In this document: piece by piece, positions 47,581 through 56,618 of the stretch
Position numbering within the stretch: position 1 is the first letter of the stretch
Layout: the number at the start of each line of letters is the position of its first letter
From: Pseudomonadales bacterium
Lineage (GTDB): Bacteria > Pseudomonadota > Gammaproteobacteria > Pseudomonadales > JAHRWD01
Direction of reading: 5' to 3'
Assembly (NCBI GenBank): GCA_016763075.1
Contig: JAESUM010000038.1
Span: 8,571 to 72,570 of the forward strand
DNA: 64,000 nucleotides
Position numbers and translations under genes: made by a program
The notes under the pieces: model-generated
Databases searched by the model: none
What the model saw: only the letters and a program-made list of their open reading frames with translations
What the model was told of the DNA's origin: nothing

Positions 47581-48486
47581 ATGAGCGTACGCCACTTCTT
47601 GACTCTGCTAGATTTATCCCCCGATGAACTGGTTGCTGTGCTTGACCGCGCAGTGGAGCTAAAGCAGCTTCAACGCGATAACAAAGTACACGAGTCTTTA
47701 AAAAACAAAGTCTTAGGGATGATATTTGAGAAGTCCTCGACACGTACAAGGGTTTCGTTTGAAGCCGGTATGAGTCAGCTTGGTGGCAGCGCAATTTTTC
47801 TTTCGCCCCGGGATACCCAGCTTGGTCGTGGCGAGCCCATCGAAGACAGTGCTCGGGTGTTATCGCGAATGTTAGACGTGGTGATGATTCGAACCTTCGA
47901 ACATAGCATCATTCAAAAATTTGCAGACTATTCAAAAGTACCGGTGATTAACGCACTGACTGATGATTTTCACCCCTGTCAATTATTAGCCGATATGCAA
48001 ACCTATCGCGAGCACCGTGGCAGTATTCAAGGCCGTACCGTCACCTGGATTGGCGATGGCAACAACATGTGTAACTCCTACATTAACGCCGCGCGACAGT
48101 TTGATTTTGAACTGAATATCGCAGCGCCAAAAGGTTACGCCCCCAATGAAGAACTGGTTAAGCAAAACAAACAACGGGTTAACTTGATTGCAGACCCAAC
48201 GCTAGCCGTTAAAGGATCTGATTTGGTGGTGACCGACGTATGGGCATCCATGGGCCAAGAAGACGAAAGCAATCAGCGTATGTCTGATTTCGACGGATTC
48301 CAAATTACCCCAGAACTGATGGATAACGCCCAAAGCGATTCACTGTTTATGCACTGCTTACCCGCCCACCGTGGTGAAGAAGTGAGCGCAAGCATGATGG
48401 AAGATCCCCGCGCAGTGGTGTGGGATGAAGCGGAAAACCGACTACATGCCCAAAAAGCCCTATTGGAAGCGCTGCTTCTTAATTAA
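47581..48486 (+). CDS. argF: Ornithine carbamoyltransferase
   Basis: [13 protein letters not shown] and [10 protein letters not shown] motifs. Confidence 0.9.
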   Translation: MSVRHFLTLLDLSPDELVAVLDRAVELKQLQRDNKVHESLKNKVLGMIFEKSSTRTRVSFEAGMSQLGGSAIFLSPRDTQLGRGEPIEDSARVLSRMLDVVMIRTFEHSIIQKFADYSKVPVINALTDDFHPCQLLADMQTYREHRGSIQGRTVTWIGDGNNMCNSYINAARQFDFELNIAAPKGYAPNEELVKQNKQRVNLIADPTLAVKGSDLVVTDVWASMGQEDESNQRMSDFDGFQITPELMDNAQSDSLFMHCLPAHRGEEVSASMMEDPRAVVWDEAENRLHAQKALLEALLLN

Positions 48487-48534
48487 CCCTCCCCAGTGGT
48501 TTGGGGTCTTCCAAGCCACGCCGCTATTAGTCTC

Positions 48535-48581
48535 GTTAGTAGTTTAGTTAGTAGTTTGCTCAGCAGTTTGGTTAGTAGTTT
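48535..48581. repeat. Three copies of the 11-mer GTTAGTAGTTT in the argF-phoB spacer
   Basis: Exact copies at 48535-48545, 48547-48557 and 48571-48581. Confidence 0.7.
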
Positions 48582-48747
48582 CATTGAGTCACTTCATTTA
48601 TTAATTTCATTTCTTGAAGGCGCTGCAGCCGCCGTGGTGCCGGCCTAGTTGGCCGCGGTTTTTGTCTCGGTTATTGTTGTGATATCGGGACACCAAATCC
48701 TGTTCCTTTAGACCATTATTTTTGATAAACCGCTATCAAGTGCGTAA

Positions 48748-48781
48748 GCGTCACATCATTGTAATGTCGATCGGTTTTAAT
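48748..48781 (+). promoter_or_regulatory. Candidate Pho box plus -10 element for phoBR
   Basis: GCGTCAC-ATCA-TTGTAAT (two 7-mers, 4-bp spacer), then 10 bp, then TTTAAT. This is the classic Pho-promoter geometry. Confidence 0.5.
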
Positions 48782-48812
48782 CGAATTTTTTGACAGGCAT
48801 GCAGGAGACTCA

Positions 48813-49502
48813 ATGTCGCATAATATTCTTATTGTCGAAGATGAACCCAGTATCCGCGAGATGTTACGCTTTTCTTTAGAACGTGCTGGGTACAGTGTTG
48901 AAGACGCATCAGATGCTGAAGAAGCACTCGAATACCTGAGCCAAAAAATCCCTCACCTTGTGCTGATAGACTGGATGCTACCGGGGCTTAGTGGTGTTGA
49001 GTTGGTACGCAAGATACGCGAAGACAAAACCCTTCAAGAGTTACCAGTCATGATGCTAACCGCCCGTGGTGAAGAAGCCGATAAGCTAATGAGCTTTGAA
49101 CGTGGTGTTGATGATTATATGACCAAACCGTTTTCGCCGAAGGAGCTATTGGCCCGCATCAAAGCCTTGCTCAGGCGCAGCGGGCATGATGAAAGCGGTG
49201 TGCTTGAAATCGGTGATATCCATTTAGACACCCGTGCCCATCGACTTTCGGTTTGTGGTGAATCGGTTCATATTGGCCCCACAGAATACAAAATGCTTGA
49301 ATTTCTAATGCGAAACCAAGGCAGAGTCTTTTCCCGTGAACAACTGCTTGATCACGTGTGGGGTCGAACCATCTATGTTGAAGAGCGTACAGTAGACGTA
49401 CATATTTTACGGGTACGCAAACTGCTTGCCCCGCATGGCTGCGATAGCATGATTCAAACCGTTCGCGGTGCGGGGTATCGGCTCTCAATAGTTGAGAGTT
49501 AA
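48813..49502 (+). CDS. phoB: Phosphate regulon response regulator PhoB
   Basis: Receiver domain (ILIVEDE, LIDWMLPG) plus an OmpR-type winged helix. AGGAG Shine-Dalgarno sequence. Confidence 0.92.
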   Translation: MSHNILIVEDEPSIREMLRFSLERAGYSVEDASDAEEALEYLSQKIPHLVLIDWMLPGLSGVELVRKIREDKTLQELPVMMLTARGEEADKLMSFERGVDDYMTKPFSPKELLARIKALLRRSGHDESGVLEIGDIHLDTRAHRLSVCGESVHIGPTEYKMLEFLMRNQGRVFSREQLLDHVWGRTIYVEERTVDVHILRVRKLLAPHGCDSMIQTVRGAGYRLSIVES

Positions 49503-49634
49503 AGAGAGCTAAATCTCATATTCTCGAAGCGAGCTTTGGGCCATATGCGGCTCGGCATAAAAAACTCAGTGCCAAATGCCATTTCTGTGCAAAGCTTTTA
49601 GTCATACTAATGTCTCATTTCATGGCGAATCTCA

Positions 49635-51149
49635 GTGCGTAAACAACTCAACCACGAACTACGATGGCTATTACTCGTTGTACTGACGAGCCTTTTTATT
49701 GGGTATTTGGCTCAGCAAGTCTATTTTTGCCTGAGCTTGGGGTTGGCTAGCTATATTTTTTACCATTACCGGCAGGTACGGCGGCTTACTCATTGGATAG
49801 AAAGGCCCAGCGCCGAACCGCCTCAATTACGCGGTATGTGGGAAGAAATGGCCTGCCGTGTATTGCGTATTCGGCGGCGTTCGATAGCCCGTAAGGAAAA
49901 AATAGCTAACCTTCTTAAACGCTATCAGCAGTCTACGCAATCACTTCCTGATGCGACTATTTTGCTTAATCAGTATGATGAAATCGAATGGTTCAATACG
50001 TCTGCAACGCGCCTGCTTGATCTTAACAAAAAAGATATTGGGCAACCCGTTGGGCGCTTAATTCGCGACCCTGGGTTTCTGGTGTTTTTGAGTAGTGCTA
50101 AGGTCGACACTGCGCCATTGGAAATTCTGTCGCCGATTGACGACAGTAAATATTTGGATATTCGCGTGGTGCCCAGTGCCTTTGATCAGCGTTTGGTGTT
50201 GATACGCGACATTACCTATATTCACCGGCTATCGGAAATGCGGCGTGATTTTGTCGCAAATGTTTCGCACGAACTACGTACACCGTTAACCGTGGTTATT
50301 GGTTATCTCGAAGCCATAGAAGAGCTCGATGACCTCAGTAGCGATGAAATACGCGACCTGATCAAAAGAATGAATCCTCCCGCGCGACGCATGAAATATT
50401 TGGTTGAAGATTTACTTCAGTTGTCTCAACTTGATACCGGTGTGATCCCTGGGCCTCGTCAGTGCCCCCGTGTAGACGCTCCGCTACAGCTCAATGCCAT
50501 CATTCAAGAAGCCAAACAATCCAGCCAAGGCAAGCACCGTATTGAATTGGATATTGATGCTTCGTTGCAATTGCTTGGGATAGAGAAAGAAATTTATAGC
50601 GTATTCAGCAACCTTATTAACAATGCCGTGGGCTATACGCCAGAAGGCGGCCTAATCCAAATTAAATGGAAGGCCGTGCCCGAAGGTGCATTGTTTGAAG
50701 TGATAGATAGCGGAGTAGGCATTGCGCCAGAATACATAGACCGCTTAACCGAGCGGTTTTTTCGTGTGGATGTGGGCCGCTCACGTAATTCCGGCGGGAC
50801 CGGTTTGGGTTTATCTATTGTTAAACAAGTACTGCGCCGCCATGATTCAGCGGTAACTATAACCAGCATATTGGGAGAGGGCAGTACCTTTAGGTGCGTG
50901 TTCGGTAACGAAAGAATAGCACCGCAAGAACACAACGATGCTCCAACTAATGATACTGGCAGCGCTGAAAACACGGATGTGGATACCCGCTTAAATGATG
51001 TTTTACGGGCGGTGATGCATGAATACCAACGCCACAGATCAGTCATTTATTCGGTAGCAAAAAATTGCGGTACTGTAACTGCGCTGTCATATATTTCATC
51101 AATACTCAACGGACGTTACATTAACCAGTACTGGAACTATCCATTATGA
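49635..51149 (+). CDS. phoR: Phosphate regulon sensor kinase PhoR (with an unusually long C-terminal tail)
   Basis: GTG start. Two N-terminal TM segments with no periplasmic domain, a PAS-like region, H-box SHELRTPLT and G-box [10 protein letters not shown]. About 80 extra residues follow the ATPase domain. Confidence 0.88.
   Translation: MRKQLNHELRWLLLVVLTSLFIGYLAQQVYFCLSLGLASYIFYHYRQVRRLTHWIERPSAEPPQLRGMWEEMACRVLRIRRRSIARKEKIANLLKRYQQSTQSLPDATILLNQYDEIEWFNTSATRLLDLNKKDIGQPVGRLIRDPGFLVFLSSAKVDTAPLEILSPIDDSKYLDIRVVPSAFDQRLVLIRDITYIHRLSEMRRDFVANVSHELRTPLTVVIGYLEAIEELDDLSSDEIRDLIKRMNPPARRMKYLVEDLLQLSQLDTGVIPGPRQCPRVDAPLQLNAIIQEAKQSSQGKHRIELDIDASLQLLGIEKEIYSVFSNLINNAVGYTPEGGLIQIKWKAVPEGALFEVIDSGVGIAPEYIDRLTERFFRVDVGRSRNSGGTGLGLSIVKQVLRRHDSAVTITSILGEGSTFRCVFGNERIAPQEHNDAPTNDTGSAENTDVDTRLNDVLRAVMHEYQRHRSVIYSVAKNCGTVTALSYISSILNGRYINQYWNYPL
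51073..51106 (+). promoter_or_regulatory. Pho box plus -10 element for pstS
   Basis: CTGTAAC-TGCG-CTGTCAT, with a third phased 7-mer TTCATCA. 10 bp after the second repeat comes AATACT. The pstS ATG is ~40 nt further on. Confidence 0.6.
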
Positions 51150-52129
51150 AATTGAACAAATTCGCGTTCGTTGCCGGACTTTCTTTTACCCTCATATCGG
51201 CAACCATTTCGACAACCGCGCAGGCAAAACTAACGGTTGATCCTGAATTATCGGACTATAAAAAATCCGTAGGGGTATCGGGAAACCTATCGAGCGTTGG
51301 CTCAGATACCTTGGCTAATTTAATGACGTTTTGGGCTGAAGAATTCAAGCGTCAATACCCCAACGTTAATATCCAAATTCAAGCGGCGGGGTCTTCAACA
51401 GCTCCACCTGCTTTAAGTGAAGGCACCTCAAATTTGGGGCCTATGAGCCGCAAAATGAAGAACAAAGAGTTAGCTGCTTTTGAAAGCAAGCATGGTTATA
51501 AACCTACCGCTGTTCGCGTAGCCATTGATGCACTAGCGGTGTACGTTAATAAAGATAACCCCATCAAAGGGTTGAGCATTGCACAGGTCGATGCGATTTT
51601 TTCAGTGACCCGTAAATGCGGTGCGCCCCGTGACTTGAAAGCATGGGGTGACGTAGGGCTGACAGGTTCGTGGACGAACCGACCTATTCAGCTCTACGGG
51701 CGTAATTCAGTATCCGGTACGTATGGTTACTTTAAGAAAAAAGGCCTGTGTAAAGGTGACTTTAGAAACAACGTCAATGAACAGCCGGGCTCGGCCTCTG
51801 TGGTGCAAAGTGTGAATGCTTCTTTGAATGGTATTGGCTATTCGGGTATTGGCTATAAAACATCAGGGGTTCGTGCAGTACCGCTGAGAAAAAAGGCTGG
51901 TAAAATGTTTGTGGCTGCAACTGCCGAAAACGCGCTGAATAAAAGCTATCCGTTGTCTCGTTACCTTTATGTGTACGTTAACAAGCACCCCGACAAACCA
52001 CTGGCTCCGCTAGAGCGTGAGTTCATCAAAATGGTGCTTTCGAAAAAGGGCCAAAACGTGGTCATTAAAGATGGGTACATTCCGCTTCCAGCTAAGCTCG
52101 TTAATATGCAGCTGAGCCGTTTGTTTTAA
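51146..52129 (+). CDS. pstS: Phosphate ABC transporter substrate-binding protein PstS family
   Basis: Signal peptide and PBP-like-2 sequence ([41 protein letters not shown]). Confidence 0.85.
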   Translation: MKLNKFAFVAGLSFTLISATISTTAQAKLTVDPELSDYKKSVGVSGNLSSVGSDTLANLMTFWAEEFKRQYPNVNIQIQAAGSSTAPPALSEGTSNLGPMSRKMKNKELAAFESKHGYKPTAVRVAIDALAVYVNKDNPIKGLSIAQVDAIFSVTRKCGAPRDLKAWGDVGLTGSWTNRPIQLYGRNSVSGTYGYFKKKGLCKGDFRNNVNEQPGSASVVQSVNASLNGIGYSGIGYKTSGVRAVPLRKKAGKMFVAATAENALNKSYPLSRYLYVYVNKHPDKPLAPLEREFIKMVLSKKGQNVVIKDGYIPLPAKLVNMQLSRLF

Positions 52130-52136
52130 CTCACTG

Positions 52137-53354
52137 CTAGTTGCTGCTTGTGCTAAGGATCTCTACTGAAAAAAGCTGCACGTGTTTAGAGCTCATGAGC
52201 AGCTGCCCGGTTTGTGCCGGCTGCTCAATGCTCTGGTCGTCAAAAGAGATCGCGAGCTTACGTTTTTCGTGATACAAGCCAGGGGTGGTGATGATCTGCC
52301 AAGACTCATTTTTGCCAGATATCGCCTGCAGCAGCAGACCGTACCGCGGGTAACTATCTACCGTTACGTTATCCTTAGCATTGACCGCCATGGGGTATAT
52401 TTGCCCCGGAATGTATTTAAGCCCTAGGTGTATTTCGTGCCCCGATGGGTCATTCGTATTCCAGCGCACAGTAGCCAGTTTTGGTGCCGTAATCGCGCCA
52501 TCTTTGTTTTCGTATAGTAAGACTATTTGCCCAGGCTCTAAGCTATGTTTAGGCATTTTTTTGAGCAAAATACAGGCACCGCTGGTGCTTTCATCGGTAA
52601 TAACGCCTTCAATTTGGTCATTTAATTGTCGGCGCACTTCATCAATAACCTCCGTGGCGTGGCTGGCCACATAATGGATATCGCGCACGCTGTACGTGCA
52701 ATCAACTTCTTTTTTGGTTTCGACGCGCTCTTCAGTGCGCTCGCTGGTTTGTAACCAAGTTTTGGCAAGCTGAGTCAGTAGTGGCTGTTTGGAGTTGCGG
52801 AGGGTGTTTTCGAGCCCGGCTATGTGGGCTTCGGGCCGTGCTTCGAGTTGCTTTACGTGGCTTTTTAACAAGGTTGTGAGTGGTTCTAAATCTAGCGCCA
52901 GTAGCTCAATGGCTTGGTCAAACCAGCGATAACTTTGTGGCTTTTTATCAGAGGTTAGATTGATAACAAATCCAGAATCTGGCGCAAAATGGGACTCTAA
53001 TTCCAACACAGTAGCTAGGTTGCTGTGTTGCGCAAGATAGCACCAAATGTTCATTACCTGTTCAGGCAGCATTTGATAGGGGTCAGATATCGCAAGAACC
53101 GACACCTGCAAATACAGAGCTTCTATATCGCTGGCAATTGCACCGAAAGCGCTGAATTCAACCACGTGTTCGAGCAATTTATTGGCCCGCGCATAGGCGT
53201 ACAGTTGGTGAAGGTCACGCCAATGATGTTCGTTCTTTTTACGGTGTTTTTGAAACTCCAGAAGCTGCTCAAGTGATATGAGCGCCATGGTGAAATAAAC
53301 ACGCTCGGCTAGTTTCTTGGTTTTGAAAGGGTTGTTTTCAGGGAAGGCCAGCAA
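52137..53354 (-). CDS. Hypothetical protein with a C-terminal PilZ-like domain (larger part of a possibly split gene)
   Basis: DxSxxG-like motif (ITDESTSGACIL). An RxxxR (RTEER) lies ~43 aa upstream, farther than canonical. TTG start in the track, but the frame stays open upstream to 53459. Confidence 0.55.
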   Translation of the reverse strand: MLAFPENNPFKTKKLAERVYFTMALISLEQLLEFQKHRKKNEHHWRDLHQLYAYARANKLLEHVVEFSAFGAIASDIEALYLQVSVLAISDPYQMLPEQVMNIWCYLAQHSNLATVLELESHFAPDSGFVINLTSDKKPQSYRWFDQAIELLALDLEPLTTLLKSHVKQLEARPEAHIAGLENTLRNSKQPLLTQLAKTWLQTSERTEERVETKKEVDCTYSVRDIHYVASHATEVIDEVRRQLNDQIEGVITDESTSGACILLKKMPKHSLEPGQIVLLYENKDGAITAPKLATVRWNTNDPSGHEIHLGLKYIPGQIYPMAVNAKDNVTVDSYPRYGLLLQAISGKNESWQIITTPGLYHEKRKLAISFDDQSIEQPAQTGQLLMSSKHVQLFSVEILSTSSN

Positions 53355-53374
53355 CGACAGCTTAAAACCAAAGC

Positions 53375-53710
53375 TCAGTTCATGGGTAAAGCCAGAAAGT
53401 TTGTCACTGGCTTTTTCAGCGGCTTCAGAATATTTTCGGTTTTCATGGCTGTTACGTGTTCAAAAAACATCTGAAACGGCTGCAGAAAACACTCGAGAAT
53501 TTCGAACCGAGAATTGGGCCCCATCTGGGTTCGGTTCAGCAATGCTAGCTTACTGGTGACCTGATCGAGGGCTTCAGGCATGTTACCATAGGGTAGCTGC
53601 TCCAGCTCCTGCGTCAGTTTAGTAATACTCGTAGAGACCAAGCTTTCTTTGATGGTTTGCTTGTCGGGAAGAGATAATTCTAAGTCTGTTAAATTCATAG
53701 GAGTTGTCAA
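53375..53710 (-). CDS. Hypothetical 111-aa ORF, possibly the N-terminal fragment of the downstream PilZ-like gene
   Basis: Its 3' end overlaps the upstream open extension of the 52137-53354 frame by ~85 nt in a different frame. Confidence 0.4.
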   Translation of the reverse strand: MTTPMNLTDLELSLPDKQTIKESLVSTSITKLTQELEQLPYGNMPEALDQVTSKLALLNRTQMGPNSRFEILECFLQPFQMFFEHVTAMKTENILKPLKKPVTNFLALPMN

Positions 53711-53764
53711 TTTGATCAGGAGCTGTCAATTAAATCAGGAGCTGTAAAGCTAAGGTGATTTCGT

Positions 53765-54274
53765 TTGATGAATGTTTTTAATAAGGCTCCCGTCTACAAG
53801 GGTAATGCTCCTCATCGTATTTCACCCATTATAGCCGGAGCGCTACTTTTGTGCGTGCTTCTACTGCTATCAAGTTGTACTAAACCAGATTTTACCGATA
53901 CCGCCGGACAAACCGGCCGTTTCCAAGATTTCCAAGGTAAATGGCTGGTGATTAATTATTGGGCAGAGTGGTGCGAGCCATGCCGAGAAGAGATCCCGGA
54001 GTTCAATCTGTTTGCTAAGCAGCACGCTGATACCACTGAAGTATTTGCAATATCCTACGATTCTTTGTCCGCACAAGAGCTGGCAGAACAAGCCAACAGA
54101 ATGGGCATTGAATTTCGGGTGTTAACGCAAGACCCATCCGTTTTTTTGGGCTTTAAGAAGCCGCAGGTATTACCCGCAACCTACATCTTTAAACCCGACG
54201 GTTCCTTTTACAAAGAACTATTAGGCCCGCAAACGCAAGAATCCCTCGAAAACCTATTGTTCGGTTCTAAATAA
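53765..54274 (+). CDS. TlpA/ResA-like thioredoxin-fold lipoprotein
   Basis: Lipobox LLSSC and the CxxC active site WAEWCEPCREEIPE. Confidence 0.75.
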   Translation: MMNVFNKAPVYKGNAPHRISPIIAGALLLCVLLLLSSCTKPDFTDTAGQTGRFQDFQGKWLVINYWAEWCEPCREEIPEFNLFAKQHADTTEVFAISYDSLSAQELAEQANRMGIEFRVLTQDPSVFLGFKKPQVLPATYIFKPDGSFYKELLGPQTQESLENLLFGSK

Positions 54275-54337
54275 ATCAGTGGCTGGGCAGCAATGCCTAA
54301 GGCCGATTATTCAACACTCTGATTATTCAATTTTGAT

Positions 54338-55363
54338 ATGAGCTACCGCCGAAAACCTTCTTTAATTTTGCTAGTGCTTGCGCTGGCTTTAATAGCTGTA
54401 TCGGTACTGTCGCTATTAACAGGAGCTATTGAGGTAACCATTAGCGATTGGGTATTAGGCGCTGACTACACAAGGCAGAGCGTAGCCAGTGTAGTGTTGT
54501 TCGATATTCGCCTGCCGCGCATGTTGTTAGCCAGCTTGGTTGGGGCTGGCCTTGGCGTTAGCGGCGCGGTCATTCAAGGTTTGTTTCGAAACCCGCTGGC
54601 AGACCCTGGCCTAATAGGAGTATCCGGTGGTGCTGCGCTTGGCGCTGCATATATTTTGGTGTTGGGTAGCCAGTCGTTATGGTTGGCCACTATTCCAATC
54701 AACATCATGTTACCTACAGCGGCCTTTATGGGCGGGTTACTGGCTACGCTGTTGGTGATGACATTTTCGTGGTCTGCAAGGGCAGGCTCAGTAACCGCTA
54801 TTTTACTGGTGGGGTTGGCCATAAACACCATGGCTACCGGCGGTATTGGTTTGTTAACCGCACTCACCGATCAAGACAGCTTAGGGAATTTAACCTTTTG
54901 GCTACTCGGCAGTATGGCAGGGGCCGACGTTAATAACGTGTTGATCGCAGCGGCGGTAATTGTACCCGCCATCTGTTTGTTACTGCGCGATGCCTCCAAC
55001 CTTGATTGCCTTTTATTGGGTGAATCTAGCGCGCGCACCTTAGGTGTACCCGTTACTGCGCTGAAGCTGCGGTTGGTTTTTTTATCGGCGCTAGTGGTTG
55101 GCTGCGCCGTGGCATTCACCGGCATGATTGGTTTCATTGGTTTGATTGTTCCCAACTTACTGCGTTTTGTAGTTGGGCCATTACACCGTTGGCTACTGCC
55201 GGCATCGGCTATTTTTGGTGCATTGCTGTTGGTCACCGCAGATTTACTAGCCAGAACCATATGGTTTCCCCGCGAATTACCGATAGGTGTTTTAACCTCT
55301 TTAATTGGCGCACCCATTTTTATATTTTTGATAGCCGTTCAGCGTAGAAAGGGCCTTTTGTGA
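54338..55363 (+). CDS. FecCD family ABC importer permease (BtuC/HmuU-like)
   Basis: Polytopic protein with typical FecCD sequence (RLPRMLLASLVGAGLGVSGAVIQGLFRNPLADPGLIGVSGGA). Confidence 0.85.
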   Translation: MSYRRKPSLILLVLALALIAVSVLSLLTGAIEVTISDWVLGADYTRQSVASVVLFDIRLPRMLLASLVGAGLGVSGAVIQGLFRNPLADPGLIGVSGGAALGAAYILVLGSQSLWLATIPINIMLPTAAFMGGLLATLLVMTFSWSARAGSVTAILLVGLAINTMATGGIGLLTALTDQDSLGNLTFWLLGSMAGADVNNVLIAAAVIVPAICLLLRDASNLDCLLLGESSARTLGVPVTALKLRLVFLSALVVGCAVAFTGMIGFIGLIVPNLLRFVVGPLHRWLLPASAIFGALLLVTADLLARTIWFPRELPIGVLTSLIGAPIFIFLIAVQRRKGLL

Positions 55364-56151
55364 AACTGGCAGCTAACAACATTGGGTTAACGTTTGGCGA
55401 CGCACCCATACTTAATCAGCTTAGTTTGAGTTTGGACGCGCACTGTTTGACGATGCTAATTGGCCCCAATGGCTCGGGGAAAACCAGCCTTATCCGAACA
55501 CTGTGTGGCGAACTAAAGCCAGCAACCGGGGGCATCCTGCTTGAAGGTAAAAAAATCACTAGCTGGCAGCCAATAGAGCGCGCAAAAAAAATGGCGGTGT
55601 TGTTTCAAAATACACCGGTTAATTTTGATATCAGCGTTGAGCAGATTATTCGGCTGGGGCGCCGCCCACACGGAACAAGCGAAGCGGTTAATCGCGCAAT
55701 TATTGCAGATGTAATGAGCGCGATGGATTTGAGCGCTATGGCAACCCGTAGTTTTGTATCGCTTTCTGGGGGTGAACAACAACGGGTTCAAATTGCGCGA
55801 GTCTTGTCGCAAGTGTGGCAATTGGAGTCATCCATCAATGCCGTGTTAATTCTTGATGAACCTTTGGCTGCGCTGGATATCGTATACCAATATCAGTTAT
55901 TACAACTGTTGCACAAGCTACGTAGCCGAGGGCTTACTATTTTAGTGAGTATTCACGACCTCAACCTAGCTTCATTGTTTGCCGACCAAATGGTGCTGCT
56001 CAATAAAGGCAGCGTGGTTGCAGCGGGCACACCCAATTCCGTATTTACGCAAGAACACCTTCAGCAAGTATTCGAACAACCCTGTGACATCATTGAACAC
56101 CCCGGCACCGGCCGCCCTCAAATGATGTTCAGCGCCGAGTTTTCTTCATAG
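55360..56151 (+). CDS. ABC transporter ATP-binding protein (BtuD/HmuV/FecE-like)
   Basis: Walker A GPNGSGKT, signature LSGGEQQRV and Walker B ILDEP. Its start overlaps the permease stop by 4 nt. Confidence 0.85.
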   Translation: MKLAANNIGLTFGDAPILNQLSLSLDAHCLTMLIGPNGSGKTSLIRTLCGELKPATGGILLEGKKITSWQPIERAKKMAVLFQNTPVNFDISVEQIIRLGRRPHGTSEAVNRAIIADVMSAMDLSAMATRSFVSLSGGEQQRVQIARVLSQVWQLESSINAVLILDEPLAALDIVYQYQLLQLLHKLRSRGLTILVSIHDLNLASLFADQMVLLNKGSVVAAGTPNSVFTQEHLQQVFEQPCDIIEHPGTGRPQMMFSAEFSS

Positions 56152-56196
56152 TTTTCTTCATGGTTTCCTCATAATTGTTCCCATAGTTTTGTCACA
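56138..56196. repeat. Five degenerate ~12-bp tandem units spanning the ABC ATPase stop codon
   Basis: AGTTTTCTTCAT, AGTTTTCTTCAT, GGTTTCCTCAT, AATTGTTCCCAT, AGTTTTGTCACA. Confidence 0.6.
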
Positions 56197-56618
56197 GTCC
56201 CTCTCATTGTGTCGTTTAAAATTACCGTTTTACTTGTAAAATATACGCTCACCTAATTGAGTAGCTGAGTGGTTGTTCGTAAGCCATGCAGTAATCATAA
56301 AAACTACGCAACACGTATACAGCTAAAAACCTACTGCCAAAACCTATGGCCAGATACTCTTCAACCAGAAAAATGAATCGCTAACTGTGTACATCCGTGC
56401 TCAGCAATTCTATTGTGTTATGCCACCCAAATTATCGGTCAGTTGTTAAGCCGTAGCTCGATAATTAAATAATTGAACCTGTAGTGCGCTTGCTTCCGTT
56501 TTGGGCTAATAAAAATTCAAGTAACTAACACCTACGCATTAAGAATAAAGGCTTCAAAATTTAGGCTAAAACAGGCGTAACGCTACCGAATTTTACGACT
56601 AAAAAATGGAATTTTAGT

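Noticed and set aside
48535-48581. The short tandem repeats here and at 56138-56196 considered as CRISPR-like arrays
   Set aside because: The units are 11-12 bp with essentially no spacers, far below CRISPR repeat and spacer sizes, and no cas genes are in the window.
54277-54283. CAGTGGC (reverse complement of the GCCACTG cobalamin-riboswitch motif) just upstream of the FecCD permease
   Set aside because: It is on the wrong strand, the spacer is only ~60 nt, and none of the other conserved B12-element segments are present.
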